From Tubiluchus corallicola (Eukaryota > Animalia > Priapulida), in contig JAQGDQ010001465.1 of the NCBI GenBank assembly GCA_030141605.1, positions 1 through 39,758 on the forward strand: a DNA stretch of 39,758 nucleotides, written 5' to 3'. Both the position numbers and the translations under genes were made by a program. Position 1 is the first letter of the stretch; the number at the start of each line of letters is the position of its first letter. Of this stretch, positions 25,185 to 35,237 are shown in pieces. The notes below the pieces were generated by a model. That model was not told where the DNA came from, did no database searches, and saw only the letters and a program-made list of their open reading frames with translations.

Positions 25185-26259
25185 CAGTCAATACAGTTAA
25201 GGGAGTGCTCAAAAAGTCCATTATAACGAGAGTCCATTATACTGAGGGGTACCATATCTGAAGCCAGACTACCCTGCAATAGAAACAATAGGATTATAGA
25301 AATCAACAGTAAAATGAAATAATTTTTATAATCGAACGTCAAATGGTTTATTCAAATGCCATATTTGATACAAGGCTGAATCTATAATTTTGTTAGATGA
25401 ATTAGTCAGCTACCGTCCAAAAAAATCTGTGATTTTTGCCTGTTTTTTTGCGCCGGCATCACTCGCGATCTACGTGGTGATGTTCTGTTCTAGCTCAGCG
25501 ATCACATCGAGTACATCAGTTCCTTTATTTGGACAGAAGTCTCGCACATATCTGAGGTGCTCCATCGCTTCACTCCCTGAACAGGTTTGAGTTACAGTAA
25601 CGTCACTTTCAGTCCTCTGGCTGGTCCTGCTCACCACCATCATTCACGTCTGTAACGTACTGTATGATCTCTCTCCCGGTCAAGTCACTCTCGTCTGTAG
25701 CCAGCTCCGAATCACAACTCACATACTTCTCGAACGTGGTTTCCGATAAGTTTAGTTCAGTGGCGATGAAGTCCCAAACGTTTCTTTCTTGTACAGGCAT
25801 CGTCAGTGACACATCAGAAAATGATGCATCAACATAATTTTGTTTCAGTGCCATTTCTCCAAGTGCCAAAGCAATCTTATTCAAGTGCCAAATTACGAAA
25901 TGTTTCAAGTGCCAAATTTTTATTCCCAAAAAGTGCCAAATGGGCCAACTTGCCGTGATGAACCTTCCCGGAAAGCTGAAGCTGACCTGGGTATTCCCGG
26001 AAAATTGATTCTCAGAAGTCTATGCTCCAAAACGACCAATGCACCTACAGTGCACCAGCATCAACTGTGATCACATGTGGATCCATTATACATGTGTCCA
26101 TTATAGTGGGGGAGAAAATGCACTGGGGAGCAGAAAATAAGTCCATTATAGCGAAAAGTCCATACCGAGGGGATAAAAACAAAGAAAAACGATAGCTGAA
26201 AAACGGGAAAGGAGAAAACGTCCATTAAACCGAGGGTCCATTATAGCGAGGTTTGACTG
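25185..26259 (-). mobile_element. Tigger/pogo DNA transposon remnant
   Basis: Transposase C-terminus (FEKYVSCD..EII; KKQAKITDFF, PIP-box-like); TIR ..CGAGGTTTGACTG followed by TA at 26260; TA-CAGTCAA at 25183; GTCCATTATA subterminal repeats. Confidence 0.75.
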
Positions 26260-27057
26260 TACACTGTAATTAACCACTTCGGAAAGTGTGACGAATCGTT
26301 TAGCACAGTACCAATGACTACATGACTACCAATGCTTTGACGTTAATATGAGCACATGCAAATCATTTCTAAGATTTTAATAGGTGTTTTTAATAAGCAA
26401 ATCTACACTAAATTTATAATGATTACTGGGGCTTGCCAATTGCTTCACGTCAATTTTACTTCAGGTTATAGATTAGTAGTGCGGTAGACTTTAATTTTAA
26501 TATTCAATAAATTAGTATAAATTTAATCAATTTAAATGAAATTATTCATTCATCGCAGCCTATATCAAAATCGTAATTACATATTATGTTTTCCTTATGT
26601 TTCCCTGCTATTATTACATCATTTACTTTATTACATCAATTTCATTAAGTCATCTACAAAAGCGCGCATAACTTTAATATATTTTTCATTTAAGTAAGGT
26701 GAGTGTGTTAATGACCGTATGGTCGTACACTCACCTCACACTACTCAAATCATTTTATTTATTGTTTATTTATGTGTACAATATTGTATTTTGATGTGTG
26801 AATATAAAATTCATAGTTCATAGTTTAATTTTAATCCAGACTGTCAATCAACCGTAACAATTTTCTCACCTGCGAACAATTTTGTTCCCTTTTATTTTAG
26901 TACTGATGTATTGAGTCTGCCAATAGAGGCGTAATAAAAGCTTTGTCATCATCATCATCAAAATTCGTAGTCTCTATTCTGTATAACTGTTCTGATTTGG
27001 TTTGTAGCTGGTCTGTCAAGAGTCTAGTCCCGCCTGTACTCTGATCTGTTACTAGCC

Positions 27058-27501
27058 TGTTTGGGCTTTCAAAACCAAATTTTAAGCTAGATTACATTTT
27101 GCTCTTTCTTCCTTCTTTATTTACCAAAACGTATCATTCCATCTAAACAAAACCGTAAACAAATGACAAAAAATAAATAACACTAGCCAAAAGTCAATTT
27201 TACATAATTCAGAGTTTCACACTGCACCGTCGCATTAATCAATAAATAGCTGTTATCAAATAGTAAATTTAAATTTTATAAAGTAATTTGAGTATATACG
27301 TACGTTATTAGCCCCAAATCATAAGCAATTGCAACAGATAACGACAACATTTAATCAACCCACCATGACACGTCCTCACTTCACACGCCTCTGACACCGA
27401 TCAAACTGATCACGTGTCCAGGCCAAAAAATCACCACAAGGTGGCCAAAGCCAACAGCAAGTGGAGGCCGCAAAGCACGCCAATGCCAGATTTCCAGTAC
27501 A
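27058..27501. repeat. ~444-bp interspersed repeat, copy 1
   Basis: Close direct match to 35238-35680. Confidence 0.93.
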
Positions 27502-27628
27502 TAGCCTGTTTGGGATCTCTTTATCAACTTGAGACATGTTCAATCAATGGTCTGTGACTGGCCTGTGTGGGTTCTCTTGTCTAAAACTTGATTTATCAGA
27601 GGTATGCTCTGCGCCTGGTCTGTTTGGG

Positions 27629-27756
27629 CAGGGTCGGCCTTAGGTAATTGAAGGCCCTAGGCGAAGTGAATTTGGTGGCCCCAAATGAAATAGAAAAATA
27701 AAAAATAAGTTATTAGTTGTTACCTGCAGTCGTAAGAAAATAAGATAAGATGATCC
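27629..27756. mobile_element. hAT-like MITE terminus abutting the viral insert
   Basis: CAGGGTCGGCCTTAGG..GGCCCTAGGC start typical of GC-rich hAT MITEs; partner end not found. Confidence 0.4.
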
Positions 27757-28137
27757 GTTTATCTCCGCTCGGTTAGAGGCACCGAGAGCTAGAGCTGCAG
27801 TTGCTTCGGCAATGGCTGCTGTAGACATGATTAATCCTAAAAACCTTTTCTTTCTGGGAGTGTAATTGGACGAGTTCTGGTTGCCCTTGTCCTCGAACAA
27901 ATTGTAACGCACATTCCAGGCTTTCGTCATTTCTATCCTGACTACTTTAAATGATTGAGCGACTTGATAACCCAGAGGTTTGGGATCTGTAATGATGATC
28001 CCATAAGTTGCTAACACATCCTGGTGTTTATATATAATGTCCTGCGACACCTGTGGTATTATGCTCTTAACACTGATGATAGTTTCTTGGCTTGAAGAAA
28101 GCAAACTCAAAAAGAGAAGAACCTTATAATACTCCAT
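27757..28137 (-). pseudogene. F-like copy 5, 3'-truncated after ..SNRAEIN and reading into flank (stop at 27640)
   Basis: Identity to the other copies ends at 27757. Confidence 0.9.
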
Positions 28138-28170
28138 TTTGACTTCATTTTTTTTTTTTTTTTTTTTTTT

Positions 28171-28872
28171 TTAAAAATTTTTTTTAAAATAAGGACTATG
28201 GCGAGTGCTGTCTGCTGTTGTATTCGACTTTCTGACATGCGTTATCGGCTCAACAAATCTCCGTGCTGAGAATACCTTATACCTTATAGAATTAAGATAG
28301 TCGTGCAACCTGAGCATATCAGTAGCATGTGCTACCATTAAGCTATGTACTTCATCATTTATACCTCCAACTATCCTTTCTAGCTTCTCTAGATCGTGTC
28401 CCAATATTCCGATCTCCTTATTCACGATCTGCACTTCATGTTCGATGATCCCTTGGTTTTGTCGTAGTTCGCTCATTTTAGAGTTCAGTGAGTTTATCTC
28501 CGCTCGGTTAGAGGCACCGAGAGCTAGAGCTGCAGTTGCTTCGGCAATGGCTGCTGTAGACATGATTAATCCTAAAAACCTTTTCTTTCTGGGAGTGTAA
28601 TTGGACGAGTTCTGGTTGCCCTTGTCCTCGAACAAATTGTAACGCACATTCCAGGCTTTCGTCATTTCTATCCTGACTACTTTAAATGATTGAGCGACTT
28701 GATAACCCAGAGGTTTGGGATCTGTAATGATGATCCCATAAGTTGCTAACACATCCTGGTGTTTATATATAATGTCCTGCGACACCTGTGGTATTATGCT
28801 CTTAACACTGATGATAGTTTCTTGGCTTGAAGAAAGCAAACTCAAAAAGAGAAGAACCTTATAATACTCCAT
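28171..28872 (-). CDS. F-like fusion glycoprotein copy 4, 233 aa, no TM
   Basis: Signal peptide, RKKR/FLGLIMSTAAIAEATAALALG, heptad repeat, sequons NSS/NYT/NTT; ends KKNF-TAA. Confidence 0.8.
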   Translation of the reverse strand: MEYYKVLLFLSLLSSSQETIISVKSIIPQVSQDIIYKHQDVLATYGIIITDPKPLGYQVAQSFKVVRIEMTKAWNVRYNLFEDKGNQNSSNYTPRKKRFLGLIMSTAAIAEATAALALGASNRAEINSLNSKMSELRQNQGIIEHEVQIVNKEIGILGHDLEKLERIVGGINDEVHSLMVAHATDMLRLHDYLNSIRYKVFSARRFVEPITHVRKSNTTADSTRHSPYFKKNF

Positions 28873-28879
28873 TTTGACT

Positions 28880-28880
28880 T

Positions 28881-28928
<48 letters not shown>

Positions 28929-29617
28929 TTAAAATAAGGACTATGGCGAGTGCTGTCTGCTGTTGTATTCGACTTTCTGACATGCGTTATCGGCTCAACA
29001 AATCTCCGTGCTGAGAATACCTTATACCTTATAGAATTAAGATAGTCGTGCAACCTGAGCATATCAGTAGCATGTGCTACCATTAAGCTATGTACTTCAT
29101 CATTTATACCTCCAACTATCCTTTCTAGCTTCTCTAGATCGTGTCCCAATATTCCGATCTCCTTATTCACGATCTGCACTTCATGTTCGATGATCCCTTG
29201 GTTTTGTCGTAGTTCGCTCATTTTAGAGTTCAGTGAGTTTATCTCCGCTCGGTTAGAGGCACCGAGAGCTAGAGCTGCAGTTGCTTCGGCAATGGCTGCT
29301 GTAGACATGATTAATCCTAAAAACCTTTTCTTTCTGGGAGTGTAATTGGACGAGTTCTGGTTGCCCTTGTCCTCGAACAAATTGTAACGCACATTCCAGG
29401 CTTTCGTCATTTCTATCCTGACTACTTTAAATGATTGAGCGACTTGATAACCCAGAGGTTTGGGATCTGTAATGATGATCCCATAAGTTGCTAACACATC
29501 CTGGTGTTTATATATAATGTCCTGCGACACCTGTGGTATTATGCTCTTAACACTGATGATAGTTTCTTGGCTTGAAGAAAGCAAACTCAAAAAGAGAAGA
29601 ACCTTATAATACTCCAT
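28880..29617 (-). CDS. F-like copy 3, 245 aa with poly-Lys tail
   Basis: Same sequence; reads through poly(A) to the junction TGA. Confidence 0.75.
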
Positions 29618-29624
29618 TTTGACT

Positions 29625-30344
29625 TCATTTTTTTTTTTTTTTTTTTAAATTTTTTTTAAAATAAGGACTATGGCGAGTGCTGTCTGCTGTTGTATTCGAC
29701 TTTCTGACATGCGTTATCGGCTCAACAAATCTCCGTGCTGAGAATACCTTATACCTTATAGAATTAAGATAGTCGTGCAACCTGAGCATATCAGTAGCAT
29801 GTGCTACCATTAAGCTATGTACTTCATCATTTATACCTCCAACTATCCTTTCTAGCTTCTCTAGATCGTGTCCCAATATTCCGATCTCCTTATTCACGAT
29901 CTGCACTTCATGTTCGATGATCCCTTGGTTTTGTCGTAGTTCGCTCATTTTAGAGTTCAGTGAGTTTATCTCCGCTCGGTTAGAGGCACCGAGAGCTAGA
30001 GCTGCAGTTGCTTCGGCAATGGCTGCTGTAGACATGATTAATCCTAAAAACCTTTTCTTTCTGGGAGTGTAATTGGACGAGTTCTGGTTGCCCTTGTCCT
30101 CGAACAAATTGTAACGCACATTCCAGGCTTTCGTCATTTCTATCCTGACTACTTTAAATGATTGAGCGACTTGATAACCCAGAGGTTTGGGATCTGTAAT
30201 GATGATCCCATAAGTTGCTAACACATCCTGGTGTTTATATATAATGTCCTGCGACACCTGTGGTATTATGCTCTTAACACTGATGATAGTTTCTTGGCTT
30301 GAAGAAAGCAAACTCAAAAAGAGAAGAACCTTATAATACTCCAT
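29625..30344 (-). CDS. F-like copy 2
   Basis: Same sequence; ATG at 30344. Confidence 0.75.
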   Translation of the reverse strand: MEYYKVLLFLSLLSSSQETIISVKSIIPQVSQDIIYKHQDVLATYGIIITDPKPLGYQVAQSFKVVRIEMTKAWNVRYNLFEDKGNQNSSNYTPRKKRFLGLIMSTAAIAEATAALALGASNRAEINSLNSKMSELRQNQGIIEHEVQIVNKEIGILGHDLEKLERIVGGINDEVHSLMVAHATDMLRLHDYLNSIRYKVFSARRFVEPITHVRKSNTTADSTRHSPYFKKNLKKKKKK

Positions 30345-30354
30345 TTTGACTTCA

Positions 30355-30385
<31 letters not shown>

Positions 30386-31067
30386 AAGGACTATGGCGAG
30401 TGCTGTCTGCTGTTGTATTCGACTTTCTGACATGCGTTATCGGCTCAACAAATCTCCGTGCTGAGAATACCTTATACCTTATAGAATTAAGATAGTCGTG
30501 CAACCTGAGCATATCAGTAGCATGTGCTACCATTAAGCTATGTACTTCATCATTTATACCTCCAACTATCCTTTCTAGCTTCTCTAGATCGTGTCCCAAT
30601 ATTCCGATCTCCTTATTCACGATCTGCACTTCATGTTCGATGATCCCTTGGTTTTGTCGTAGTTCGCTCATTTTAGAGTTCAGTGAGTTTATCTCCGCTC
30701 GGTTAGAGGCACCGAGAGCTAGAGCTGCAGTTGCTTCGGCAATGGCTGCTGTAGACATGATTAATCCTAAAAACCTTTTCTTTCTGGGAGTGTAATTGGA
30801 CGAGTTCTGGTTGCCCTTGTCCTCGAACAAATTGTAACGCACATTCCAGGCTTTCGTCATTTCTATCCTGACTACTTTAAATGATTGAGCGACTTGATAA
30901 CCCAGAGGTTTGGGATCTGTAATGATGATCCCATAAGTTGCTAACACATCCTGGTGTTTATATATAATGTCCTGCGACACCTGTGGTATTATGCTCTTAA
31001 CACTGATGATAGTTTCTTGGCTTGAAGAAAGCAAACTCAAAAAGAGAAGAACCTTATAATACTCCAT
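30355..31067 (-). CDS. F-like copy 1, no stop, in frame with copy 2 (480-aa fused ORF)
   Basis: ATG spacing 723 nt = 241 codons. Confidence 0.72.
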
Positions 31068-31075
31068 TTTGACTT

Positions 31076-31114
<39 letters not shown>

Positions 31115-31151
31115 TAGTATTATTAGTGTTAGTGTAAGATAGTTATACTGC

Positions 31152-32045
31152 TTACGGAATTCCAAGTGAAGCACCACTTACTACTTGTGAGTCAGGTGGT
31201 AGTCCGGATCGGATGGAACTTTTGTGAGATGGCAGAGAAATTAAGCGTTGAGACGGGTTGCCAGAGAAATGAGACAACTGACTACCTAGCTCTTCCATAG
31301 TAGAAGATAATTGTTTCATGTGTAAGCATATGTCGTTGATATCTTCTTCAATTTTTATTATTCTCTTTCCAAAATCTTGCTGCATCTGATTGATGTTATT
31401 ATTAGCTTGATTAATTTTCTCAATCATTTCATCTTTACAATTACCAATTAGTTTTGTCATACTCTTCATGATTATTTCTAATTTTTCAGAGCTATCAGGA
31501 AAAGTGGGGGATAGTTCTCTGGGGTTAAGCACAGGAATTTCTTTATCAAGAGTTGAGAGGTCTGCTCGGTGTTCTCTAGCCTTTGGGATAGGGTAAGCTT
31601 TTGGTACTGCTCCTGTCTCTAAAGTCTGTGTTGGTTGATCAGGTTTATCTGAAATGATAGTTACAACTTTATTGTGTGTTTGAGGCGTTATAGGTCTTAA
31701 ACTGCTCTTAGGAAGATCTCCACAAATTGGAAGACTTTGTTCCTCTTTATAATGCAGTTTCGGTAAATCTGGTATATCTATCCAGTTTGGATTTCTTGCC
31801 TTTTCTCTTTTTTGAGTCTCATAGCTAATAAAGCTCAGGAGCCTGGTGGAAAATGGACCACTTCTAGGGTCTACTTGGCTCAACTGTTTTTCAAGAGATT
31901 CTATCTTCATGAGTCTGACAAGACCTGCTTCTTCTAAAAGATGGGTGATTGTTTTTTTGATACCATCTCGATTGAGAGTCTTCTTCATTACATCAATATT
32001 TCTTAGGCCCTTGAGAATCTTTGTAGCACATTCAAGCTGGTCCAT
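31152..32045 (-). CDS. Putative viral phosphoprotein (P-like), 297 aa
   Basis: N-terminal amphipathic helix MDQLE..KGLRNIDVMK, Pro/Ser/Thr-rich middle, C-proximal coiled coil; own gene-start, 3' UTR and A33. Confidence 0.6.
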   Translation of the reverse strand: MDQLECATKILKGLRNIDVMKKTLNRDGIKKTITHLLEEAGLVRLMKIESLEKQLSQVDPRSGPFSTRLLSFISYETQKREKARNPNWIDIPDLPKLHYKEEQSLPICGDLPKSSLRPITPQTHNKVVTIISDKPDQPTQTLETGAVPKAYPIPKAREHRADLSTLDKEIPVLNPRELSPTFPDSSEKLEIIMKSMTKLIGNCKDEMIEKINQANNNINQMQQDFGKRIIKIEEDINDICLHMKQLSSTMEELGSQLSHFSGNPSQRLISLPSHKSSIRSGLPPDSQVVSGASLGIP

Positions 32046-32068
32046 GTTGACTTCGATTTTTTTAGATA
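32042..32068 (-). promoter_or_regulatory. Viral gene-end / intergenic / gene-start junction
   Basis: TATCT AAAAAAA TC GAAGTCAAC ATGG; the start motif recurs before every F copy. Confidence 0.75.
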
Positions 32069-32076
32069 AAACTATC

Positions 32077-32544
32077 TCAACTCAATATTAGGTTATTGAT
32101 GCTCTTTAGAAGAGTGGTTCCGTTTTGAATCTGAACCAAAAATTGAGGCCAGACTAGATTGTTTTCCTTTCTTCGATTCACATTTCCGCAATAAGGTGTC
32201 TGTTCACTAGTGCTTTTTGTTGGCAAGGTTTCTCCTTGAAGTTTAGAAAACGCCAGTTGTAACTTTTCCAAACACTCTCGCAAAATTTTGAGCTCAAACA
32301 TTATATCATTATTTGTGGTTTGTGTTTCCCTTTCATTTGTTTTTTCTTGCAGTTGGGGGTAAATAGATGAAGAAGTAGCTCTGTAAAGTGGAGCTGATGG
32401 TATTATATAATTTCTAATACATATTTCTGGATTTCTCCAATGATAAATAATATTTTTCTCGCCTTCTTTAAATAGTGAAAAATTAAGTCCACAGGGACAA
32501 GGAGCATGGTTGATGACAGGGCCACTCGGGCAGTCTGTTGTCAT
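32077..32544 (-). CDS. Unknown viral ORF X (155 aa from ATG; may be 5'-truncated) with late-domain motifs
   Basis: PSAP and YPQL motifs, short coiled coil; followed by TATCT-A7 gene end. Confidence 0.55.
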   Translation of the reverse strand: MTTDCPSGPVINHAPCPCGLNFSLFKEGEKNIIYHWRNPEICIRNYIIPSAPLYRATSSSIYPQLQEKTNERETQTTNNDIMFELKILRECLEKLQLAFSKLQGETLPTKSTSEQTPYCGNVNRRKENNLVWPQFLVQIQNGTTLLKSINNLILS

Positions 32545-32568
32545 ATGGATTTTGAAATATTCCAAATA

Positions 32569-32691
32569 GCTTACCGAACAGAATAGAATAGAGCAAAGCC
32601 TGAAGTGTGAACAGAGCTGCAATGAAAGACACGACCACTGACAAGGGTCTACAGCAGACCTTCCCTTTTTATAAGCTCAGGTGTGCACGTG
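32569..32691 (-). promoter_or_regulatory. Putative Pol II core promoter plus 5' exon and splice donor
   Basis: CACGTG (32686-91), CACCTG, TATAAAAA (32673-66), TCAGT initiator (32641-37), G/GTAAGC at 32574. Confidence 0.45.
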
Positions 32692-33419
32692 ACTAGTGGC
32701 TCCCACTAACACAAGGTCAGAATAAGAGTCTATGTGGTAGATAAAGCCACGTTCACACGCACACCTGAGCAGTCTGCTGTATTCCCCTGCCAGTATTACA
32801 CTATCTCATCACAGCCCTGCAGTACAATATTATTACTTTTACACATCATTCTTACAACATTCATACTGCTTGTCCCCAGGCCTACACATAAATTTGAGTA
32901 CATTTTTGTAAAGGACGAGCAGCAAGACGCTTACTTCATTCAGCGAGGCGAACACAACTTTATTGATTATTTATTTTATTGATTATTTACTAGTTGCAAC
33001 AGCAATACTTGAAAAAATCTTTCCAAAAACAACGTCAGAATGGGAAATAATGTTGGTGGAAATGACACCCGCAGTGCGATAGAGAGCTTATGTAATACGA
33101 GATAGTGATGCTATTGAACAATCTTTGGACTTAAACTTAATAAACATGAAATAACAAACTTAAACTTTTCTCTGCCTCGAGGAACTGAAAAAAACGAACG
33201 ATGAATTTTTTGTTACCGCTTCGCCTCCGCTTTAGTTTCTGAGATTTACGGGAACAATTTTTTAATTGTCTGTATATAAAAAAGACAATAGATAGGTATA
33301 AAAACAATAAAAAGTTCAGTTAGGAGCCGTTAGAACATTTTTGCCATACTGCAACGGAGCCGTTAGAACGTTTTTGCCATACTTCAACTTTCTGACTGGT
33401 ACAATAGCAGTTATTATTA

Positions 33420-33520
33420 TAGTAAGTAAAGTAAGTAAGTAAGTAAAGTAAGTAAGTAATTAAGTAAGTAAAGTAAGTAAGTAAGTAAGTACGTAAGTAA
33501 GTAAAGTAAGTAATTAAGTA
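33420..33520. repeat. (AAGT)n microsatellite
   Basis: Direct reading. Confidence 0.95.
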
Positions 33521-33597
33521 AAAACATACTAGAATGAACAGTATAAAGGTGCATGTAAACTTTCTGTTTAGGAAATATATATTTACTTTTACATGCT

Positions 33598-33706
33598 GTA
33601 CACACACACACGCACACGCGCACACACACACGCACACGCACGCACACACACACACATGAATATACAGATACATGTATAAACATACATGAATATACACATA
33701 CATACA
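33598..33706. repeat. (CA)n/(TACA)n microsatellite
   Basis: Direct reading. Confidence 0.93.
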
Positions 33707-34507
33707 TTTACTGACATACTTATTTAGTCAAATGCCAGGTAAGTACGTACTCACATAGCCGCATGTGTACGCCATGTTGAAAATTTAAAAAATATTGTCT
33801 TACCTTCGAATTTTTCAATAAAAACGACATTATAGCAACCATCAATAATTACAGAGATCACTTGAGATATGAGCAATGAAAGATAAATGATATTCATAAA
33901 AGATATTAAACAATGAATTCGCACTATATTTAATAACATTAACTTCGCACTCTCACCTACGTCGCAAAAACTAGGGGGGACTGTACATCGCTTGTCCTTT
34001 TATACCGAAAGTGGCTTCGGACGGGTCCATTTTAACAAGAAAGGGTGAAGTCTTTGGCTACTGAGTGTTCTTATAGTTAGAAACACAGCAGTAGGTCTAG
34101 TTAACATGGGTATTTCAATACGGAACAATCAACAACAGCTGTATGTGTACCCGGCTGCAATACAGCCTACGTTTTGATAAGTTAATCATGGCCGCTAAGC
34201 GACTCTTGTGCTTGTGTGGTATTAATTCTTTCACGCTTGTCGTTTTTGGAAAAAAACGAGTATGTTTCCTTTCAATATTTTAAAAAGCAGATTGTTTTTA
34301 CCTAAAGTTTCAGATTGGGTCCGCTTTTCTTTTAATTAAACCACTTATATAACTTGAATGTACACGTATGTTCAAAAATAAATGATAGATAGATAAATAA
34401 ATAAATAGAAGCTGTGCGTTATCCATCCACGCCCACTGAAGTCTCCAAAAACTCCAAAGTCGTCCAGTCCACGTAAGATGATTACCAGATGGAGGTTCAT
34501 TCTAGAG

Positions 34508-35060
34508 CAGTGGTTCCCAACCTTTTCCTTGCCAAGTACCCCTTCTAAATTAATATTATCGACATTTTTTTATTTTAACTTTTCTTGAAAACATGAATTT
34601 TATCACTGATTATTAAGAAATACGTAATTTGAACAACTTTCTCGAATATGAAAACATCAATACAAGGAAACGTGATCTCCACAGCAGTCATAATTAATGC
34701 ACACGCTGTTCTTGATGATTGTCAACAAGTTTTTTGATATCAGGTTTAATTGTTGATATTGCGACTCGCATGTCGCTCCTCAAATCCAAACGATTTCTTG
34801 CCTTCGTCTTCAAATGTAGCATTGCACTGAAGCCTAGCTCACATTTGTATGTTGTCACAAATGGAACCAACACCTCGAAAGCCGCAATTTTCAGTCCATT
34901 GAAGTCTGCACCTAGCTGTGCCCAGAACTTCTCTAGTGACGTGGTCTTGAACTTCATCTTCTCAACTTCACATGCTTGCAATTCAATCAGAAGTTCTTTG
35001 CTCGCATCGTCATCTGGCGGTTCATCAATGTCAAAAGCAAAAGGATGACGAATCCACTTT
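34508..35060 (-). mobile_element. hAT Buster/Charlie 3' fragment with transposase dimerisation domain
   Basis: WIRHPF..FW..PFVTTYKCELGFS..KTKARNRL..DMRVAIS; TIR CAGTGGTTCCCAACC preceded by TTCTAGAG (NTCTAGAN target). Confidence 0.9.
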
Positions 35061-35237
35061 AGAATCCAATTAGTATAAAACCAACTTCTGGGTCAAGTTA
35101 TCGTAGACATATGTGGGCACCAACGATTAAAAGAGGCTTTCCACCTTTGCACTATATTGTAGTGCTATAGTGCCCTATGCTATATTATTATTTATGCTTG
35201 GTTTTTCGAGTCTTGTGAACATTTTTATAATAGCATA

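Larger units (their letters stand above)
27757..32570 (-). other. Non-retroviral endogenous viral element, Mononegavirales-like (X - P-like - F-like x4.5)
   Basis: Intronless ORFs; shared start motif GAAGTCAA(A/C)ATGG; TA(Y)nA7+ gene ends; poly(A) tracts; class I fusion motifs. The 5' boundary is approximate. Confidence 0.85.

Noticed and set aside
32661-32675. AAAAAGGG as a paramyxoviral editing site
   Set aside because: It lies outside the P-like ORF and fits a TATA context; no editing motif or Cys-rich V frame was recognised inside P.
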